Assembly (NCBI GenBank): GCA_028285795.1
Contig: JAPYNL010000095.1
Coordinates: 1 to 52,656 of the forward strand
Direction of reading: 5' to 3'
Source: Arenicellales bacterium
GTDB lineage: Bacteria > Pseudomonadota > Gammaproteobacteria > Arenicellales > Poriferihabitantaceae
DNA: 52,656 nucleotides
Shown: positions 48,393 to 52,656 of the stretch, one piece after another
Layout of the letters: each line of letters opens with the position of its first letter
Position numbering within the stretch: the stretch's first letter is position 1
The notes under the pieces: model-generated
What the model was told of the DNA's origin: nothing
What the model saw: the letters and a program-made list of their open reading frames with translations, nothing else
The model's database searches: none
Program-made: the position numbers and the translations under genes

Positions 48393-49478
48393 TTGCAGCA
48401 TTGTAGCATGAAAGATAAAATTTGTAGTGAAATGAGTATGGCCGAGTCATCAAGGCTTATGCACAACATTTCGCTTCATGTAACCCACAATCCTGTTCCA
48501 GCCTTATTGAACCCGATGACGAGAAGACGACAATCCAACTGTGAATATGACCTGATTCATGTTGCGGAACAGTATTTTCGGAATCGACTGCTTAGACCAG
48601 CCACGCAGAATACCTACCTATCGGTGGCAGAACGCTTCATCAGGGATACGTCGGTGCAACGCGTCGACCACATTACCAGCGAAGTGCTCCTCAGTTGGCG
48701 AGACCTGATCGCCGAGCGCGCGTCGAAGACGACTTACAACAACTATCACAGGCATCTACGGGCACTTCTCAACTTCTGCGTGGAGATCGAATTGATTGAC
48801 AAGAACCCGTTCCTGAAAATCAAGCAGTTCAGGCGTGTCAACGTTCGCAAGAAGGGATGTACCATGGAAGAACTTCAGGAATTTTGCAATTTTCTGGCTC
48901 GAGACAGCCGAAAAATCTCGCCCCTCATACTAAACATGATCCTGACCCTTTTCTATACCGGCATGCGCCGGTCACAGCTATGCGGCCTAGAATGGCAGGA
49001 CATCGACTTCCATGAAAACACCATCACGCTAAGGAAGCAGCACTCGAAGACTGGAAAGGAATGGACAATCCCCCTGCATGACGATCTGCGGACAATACTT
49101 CTCGCAATGAAGCAAGACGTCATGCAGCACTGGCCGTCATTCAGTGAAAGCGATCAGGTATTTTTAATACAGAGATACAGCCGTGACTACCTGGGAGAAA
49201 GGCTGGAGCCTGAACAGTTCGGGCAAATCCTGAGACGCATGGCCGACCGGAGCGGCATCAGGATATCCGCCCACCGAATCCGTCATCTGGTTGCGACCAC
49301 GCTGGCAAACAAGGACACGGAGGACTTTCACGAAACAGGCACAATCCCATATACGCTTAACAGCATAAAGGACTTTTTGGGCCACGAAGCGATCACGACG
49401 ACCATCGGCTATATCGAGTCAAAGGTCTCCTCTCAAAGGACAATCATTAAAGGACTCAGGGGTCCGCAGATCGAATAA
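48393..49478 (+). CDS. int: tyrosine-type site-specific integrase
   Basis: N-terminal SAM-like domain (TYNNYHRHLRALLNFC). Catalytic residues are present: YTGMRRSQL (Arg), AHRIRHLVAT (HxxR), LGHEAITTTIGY (His, Tyr). It lies adjacent to tRNA-Lys. Confidence 0.88.
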   Translation: MQHCSMKDKICSEMSMAESSRLMHNISLHVTHNPVPALLNPMTRRRQSNCEYDLIHVAEQYFRNRLLRPATQNTYLSVAERFIRDTSVQRVDHITSEVLLSWRDLIAERASKTTYNNYHRHLRALLNFCVEIELIDKNPFLKIKQFRRVNVRKKGCTMEELQEFCNFLARDSRKISPLILNMILTLFYTGMRRSQLCGLEWQDIDFHENTITLRKQHSKTGKEWTIPLHDDLRTILLAMKQDVMQHWPSFSESDQVFLIQRYSRDYLGERLEPEQFGQILRRMADRSGIRISAHRIRHLVATTLANKDTEDFHETGTIPYTLNSIKDFLGHEAITTTIGYIESKVSSQRTIIKGLRGPQIE

Positions 49479-49517
49479 AATCGGGAATGACTGTAGTATC
49501 TATCCGAGCAAGCATAA

Positions 49518-51272
49518 TTGAAAAAAATTCTCGGCTTATTCCGACAACTCCATGATCCCCGTCTGCTGCCGATCGGGAAAGCAGAAGAAATTCTGGCACG
49601 CGAGGGCCTGCAGGACAAGATTGAGGCCATACGCCATCTGGCAGGAATATCAGATGCCTTTTTCGAGAGCCTGTATCTCAGTGCCATCGAAAAGGCCGCA
49701 GACACTGTACAGCTCTGCCCAGGATCAGAATCGCACCATCATGCCTGGCCCGGGGGATTGATATCGCACATCCTGGAATCCTGTGCGTATGCACTGGAAT
49801 TTCGCAAGGGCGTGATCCTCCCGGTCGGCTCAAGCCCTGAAGTCGCTGCCCGCAAGGCGGACTTGTACAGCTATGCCGTATTTGCCGGCACCCTGCTACA
49901 TGATATTGCCAAACCGCTATCCGACCAGAAAATAGCGCTGCATACCCGCAACGGACGCTATCTCTGCGACTGGGATCCCCTGTCCGAGGACATTCGCGAG
50001 ATTCCCAGGGCTGCCAGCATGCGCATTGAATTCCGGGCAGACCGGGTCTATTCGCACCATTTGCAGGAAGGCTTGACCTTCCTGCAGCGAATTCTGCCGG
50101 ATGAGGGCCGGCGCTGGCTCCAGAGCGACAAGGAAGTATACAGCGAGTTCCTGTCCGCGTTTTCCTCTGATCCGGTCGGTCCCATCCATGAGCTGATGTC
50201 TCGGGGAGACCGGGTGTCGGTGTCGAAAGCCCTGGGTGCACAGCAGATTCCGCGGTTCGAGGCATCCTCCAAGCCGCTTTGGATGAAGCTGAGAACAGCA
50301 CTGCGTCACCTGGTCGAAAAAGGTGACCTGTCGCTCAACCGCCGCGGGGCGGCTGGATGGGTCGACAAGCAGGGAGTGTGGCTGATGAGCAAGCGGGCGG
50401 TTGATGCTGTCCGGGAGCAGCTGCTCAAGGAGGGACATAGCGGCGTGCCCGGCGACAACAACCGAATATACGATATTCTTTCGGAGAGCGGCCTGCTCGT
50501 TCCGAACGGCAACGGCAAGGCCATCTGGCGGGGCAGGGTCGTCAGTAACGACTGGGCCCCCGAAACACCGTTCTCGCTGATCCGCCTCAAACATGACTGC
50601 ATCTGGAGCAACCCCGATACGGTGCCCCTGTTCGACGGCCGGATCGAAATCGCTGACGATGAGCCAATGCCGGGGGGTGAGGGCGTATCGGAAAGAGAGG
50701 AGGAGAGCGTGACCGCGTCGGTTGCCGCTGCACCGGCCCCGGTCCGCGTCCCCGAACCGGGCGAACCCCTGTCACCGGTTCCCGCCATCCCCGTTCCTGA
50801 ACCGCTCGCGGCGGTCCCGGTTCCCGGTCCGGAGGCGGCGGTTCGGCTTGACGGCCGTGCTGCAGCCGCTGGCGATGGGGTGACGGCGGAGGGGGAGAAG
50901 TTCAGGCGCTGGGTTGAACATGGCGTCAACCGGAGGGACTTGACCGTGAACACCCGGGAATCCATTGTGCACTTCATCGAGGAGGGCGTCTTCCTGGTGA
51001 GCCCGGAGGCATGGCGAAAGTACGCGCTTGACCAGCGCACCGGATGGGAGAACGCGCAGAAGAGCTTCCAGGCACTGAAAATCAACCTCAAGACGCCGCA
51101 GCGGGACGAGAACGTCTGGCGGGTGCGGGTCGAGTTCCGGGGCCGGGTGTCGCAACTGAAGGGGTGGATCGTTCCCTACAGCCACTTCAGCCTTGACGGG
51201 ATTCCGAAAACGAACCCGGTTCTGACCCTGATTCAGCCTGACGCCGACCCTGCCCGGTCGGGAAACGCCTGA
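49518..51272 (+). CDS. traI: MobH-family (TraI_2-type, HD-domain) relaxase of an integrative conjugative element
   Basis: PGSESHHHAWPGGLISHILES plus LLHDIAKP (HD-type metal site of PFGI-1/PAPI-1/SXT-class relaxases). It has a Pro/Ala-rich linker (APAPVRVPEPGEPLSPVPAIPVPEP) and a C-terminal TraI_2_C-like part (RESIVHFIEEGVFLVSPEAWRKYA). The start is a TTG. Confidence 0.8.
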   Translation: MKKILGLFRQLHDPRLLPIGKAEEILAREGLQDKIEAIRHLAGISDAFFESLYLSAIEKAADTVQLCPGSESHHHAWPGGLISHILESCAYALEFRKGVILPVGSSPEVAARKADLYSYAVFAGTLLHDIAKPLSDQKIALHTRNGRYLCDWDPLSEDIREIPRAASMRIEFRADRVYSHHLQEGLTFLQRILPDEGRRWLQSDKEVYSEFLSAFSSDPVGPIHELMSRGDRVSVSKALGAQQIPRFEASSKPLWMKLRTALRHLVEKGDLSLNRRGAAGWVDKQGVWLMSKRAVDAVREQLLKEGHSGVPGDNNRIYDILSESGLLVPNGNGKAIWRGRVVSNDWAPETPFSLIRLKHDCIWSNPDTVPLFDGRIEIADDEPMPGGEGVSEREEESVTASVAAAPAPVRVPEPGEPLSPVPAIPVPEPLAAVPVPGPEAAVRLDGRAAAAGDGVTAEGEKFRRWVEHGVNRRDLTVNTRESIVHFIEEGVFLVSPEAWRKYALDQRTGWENAQKSFQALKINLKTPQRDENVWRVRVEFRGRVSQLKGWIVPYSHFSLDGIPKTNPVLTLIQPDADPARSGNA

Positions 51273-51402
51273 AGCAGGCGCGGGTGCTGGCGTTCAGTCC
51301 CCTCCCTGGATGACGGTCTTGAGCGCGGCCAGTTTGTTTCACTTGTGACCGGCATCAGGCATTCAAACATGAATATTGGCACTTCTGCATGACGGTTGAC
51401 TG

Positions 51403-52200
51403 ATGCCCGGGACGCTTGCCGCCTATGGACTGATCGCACTGGCCGGCTGGATGACCGGCACGGTACTGCATGCGGTGATCGACCGACTGCCCGTCCGGCT
51501 GCTTCGCGCCTGGTCAATAGAGGCCCATGAACAGACCGGTCAGCGGGCGCAGGCGAACGCCCTGCGGGCGGAGCCGGTGCCCGGGCTGCTGGACTGGTCC
51601 GCGGTGCGGCTGCGGATCCGGGGGCACGGCCCTGCACACGGGGGGCTGCACGGCACCGGGAGGCACTACCCGGTCGTCGAGGCCGTCAGTGCCCTGCTCT
51701 GGGTTCTGGCTGCCCACTCGATCGGCACCGGGTGGGATCTGGTTCCCGCGCTGGTACTGGCCAGTGCCCTGGTGGTGCTGGCGTTCATCGATCTTGATCA
51801 CTGCATGCTTCCGGACCAGATCACCGGACCGCTGGTTTTCCTGGGGCTGCTGGTCAATACCCAGGCCGTATTCGCGCCATCGCCGGCATCGGCGGTCTGG
51901 GGTGCTGTTGCCGGCTATGGTGCGCTGTGGGGGGTCCGCACGGCCTACCGGGCCCTCACCGGCAATCCGGAAGCCGTGGGCCTGGGCGACTGCAAGCTCC
52001 TTGCCATGCTCGGTGCCTGGACCGGCTACGAACTGCTGGGGCAGACCGTAGCCATCGGCAGCGGACTCTGCATCATCTACCAGATCCTGCATCGGAGCGG
52101 CGGCCCGCGGCCGGCGGGGAGACGGCTGCCGTTCGGCCCCTGGCTGGCCGCGGGCGGGCTCTGCTCGCTGTATTGGGGCAACCTCCTTTCCCTGCTGTAG
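51403..52200 (+). CDS. A24-family type IV prepilin leader peptidase (Cys-less N-terminal region)
   Basis: RHYPVVEAVSALLWVL, and both catalytic Asp regions: AFIDLDHCMLPDQIT and GLGDCKLLAMLGAW. It is a multi-TM protein. The usual CxxC...CxxC zinc cluster before RYP is absent. Confidence 0.8.
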   Translation: MPGTLAAYGLIALAGWMTGTVLHAVIDRLPVRLLRAWSIEAHEQTGQRAQANALRAEPVPGLLDWSAVRLRIRGHGPAHGGLHGTGRHYPVVEAVSALLWVLAAHSIGTGWDLVPALVLASALVVLAFIDLDHCMLPDQITGPLVFLGLLVNTQAVFAPSPASAVWGAVAGYGALWGVRTAYRALTGNPEAVGLGDCKLLAMLGAWTGYELLGQTVAIGSGLCIIYQILHRSGGPRPAGRRLPFGPWLAAGGLCSLYWGNLLSLL

Positions 52201-52656
52201 GGTGCACGCCACCGCCTGTCCGTGGTTTCCGTGGACAGGCTTTGACCGAACTGACCGTTTCCCTGGCATGGGCAGGAATTGCTGTCCCGGCTGTCCCTGT
52301 TTCTGTAATCGACGCCGGACGATCCATCGTGCTTCATTCATTCCGGCTGGCAGGGTGGCCGGGACAGACGCCCTTTCCCTTTGTGACCGCCCTTTTGGAT
52401 AGGGCCTTTCCATTAAGGCCCCCTTCCCTTGTTTTCCTTTTCCCTTTATTCCTCTTTGACCATGCGATCCGGTCGGGCGGCGGTGCATTCGCTGACGCTG
52501 ACCGGTGATCCGGCTCGCTGCCCATTCGGCACCCGGCGGGAACGGATCAGGCCGGCATTCACTGTCCCTGGGAACGGCATGCCGTGGTGCCGGGACAACG
52601 GGCAGGGCTTTGACTTGCAAATGCCCCCTTCCCCCGGAGACGGAACGCGGTATAAT

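Noticed and set aside
51514-52620. 368-aa minus-strand ORF, the longest of several large ORFs at the right end
   Set aside because: It lies antisense to the well-supported prepilin peptidase gene in very GC-rich DNA. The translation is Arg/Pro/Gly-rich and low in complexity, with no motif. This is a typical high-GC shadow ORF. The same reasoning applies to 49678-50301, 49917-50594, 50306-51091, 50772-51185, 51233-51637 and the plus-strand shadows 51527-52051 and 51927-52508.
52604-52656. TTGACT ... TATAAT at the extreme right end
   Set aside because: The two hexamers are ~35 nt apart, far outside the 16-19-nt spacing of sigma70 promoters.

Overview
52.7-kb bacterial chromosomal segment that looks proteobacterial (glnK-amtB, ettA, PAPI-1/pKLC102-type island genes). 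It has mid-range GC and about 50 protein genes. It falls into three blocks. (1) Bases 1-13.2 kb hold a co-directional RiPP gene cluster, cut by the left window edge. It contains a YcaO cyclodehydratase, an 84-aa nitrile-hydratase-leader (NHLP) precursor whose predicted core after a double-glycine site is only LCCCMG, an MMPL/RND exporter, a 379-aa orphan protein, a HlyD-like adaptor, a C39-peptidase ABC exporter, a cNMP-domain ABC exporter and a SAM methyltransferase. This is the most interesting system in the window and I know of no characterised product for it. (2) Bases 13.4-48.2 kb hold mostly ordinary metabolic and housekeeping genes: fused indolepyruvate:ferredoxin oxidoreductase, a genuine cobalt-type nitrile hydratase operon, TauD-like dioxygenase, trhO, cca, msrB, hsp20, SDR, FAH, ltaE, glnK-amtB, photolyase, ettA and an IMPase. 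These are interspersed with signs of past mobile-DNA traffic: decayed parDE-like and higBA-like modules, a Doc-like Fic protein lacking the catalytic His, a NERD-SF1 helicase, a 5'-truncated and mutated IS transposase, a frameshifted asparaginase, and a ~630-bp orphan insert flanked by a duplicated promoter region and carrying a C11 tract. (3) From 48.25 kb onward, tRNA-Lys(UUU) is followed by a tyrosine integrase, a MobH/TraI-type relaxase and a prepilin peptidase. From about 49.5 kb the DNA is visibly much more GC-rich. This is the start of an integrative conjugative element that runs off the right edge. No rRNA genes or CRISPR arrays were seen.
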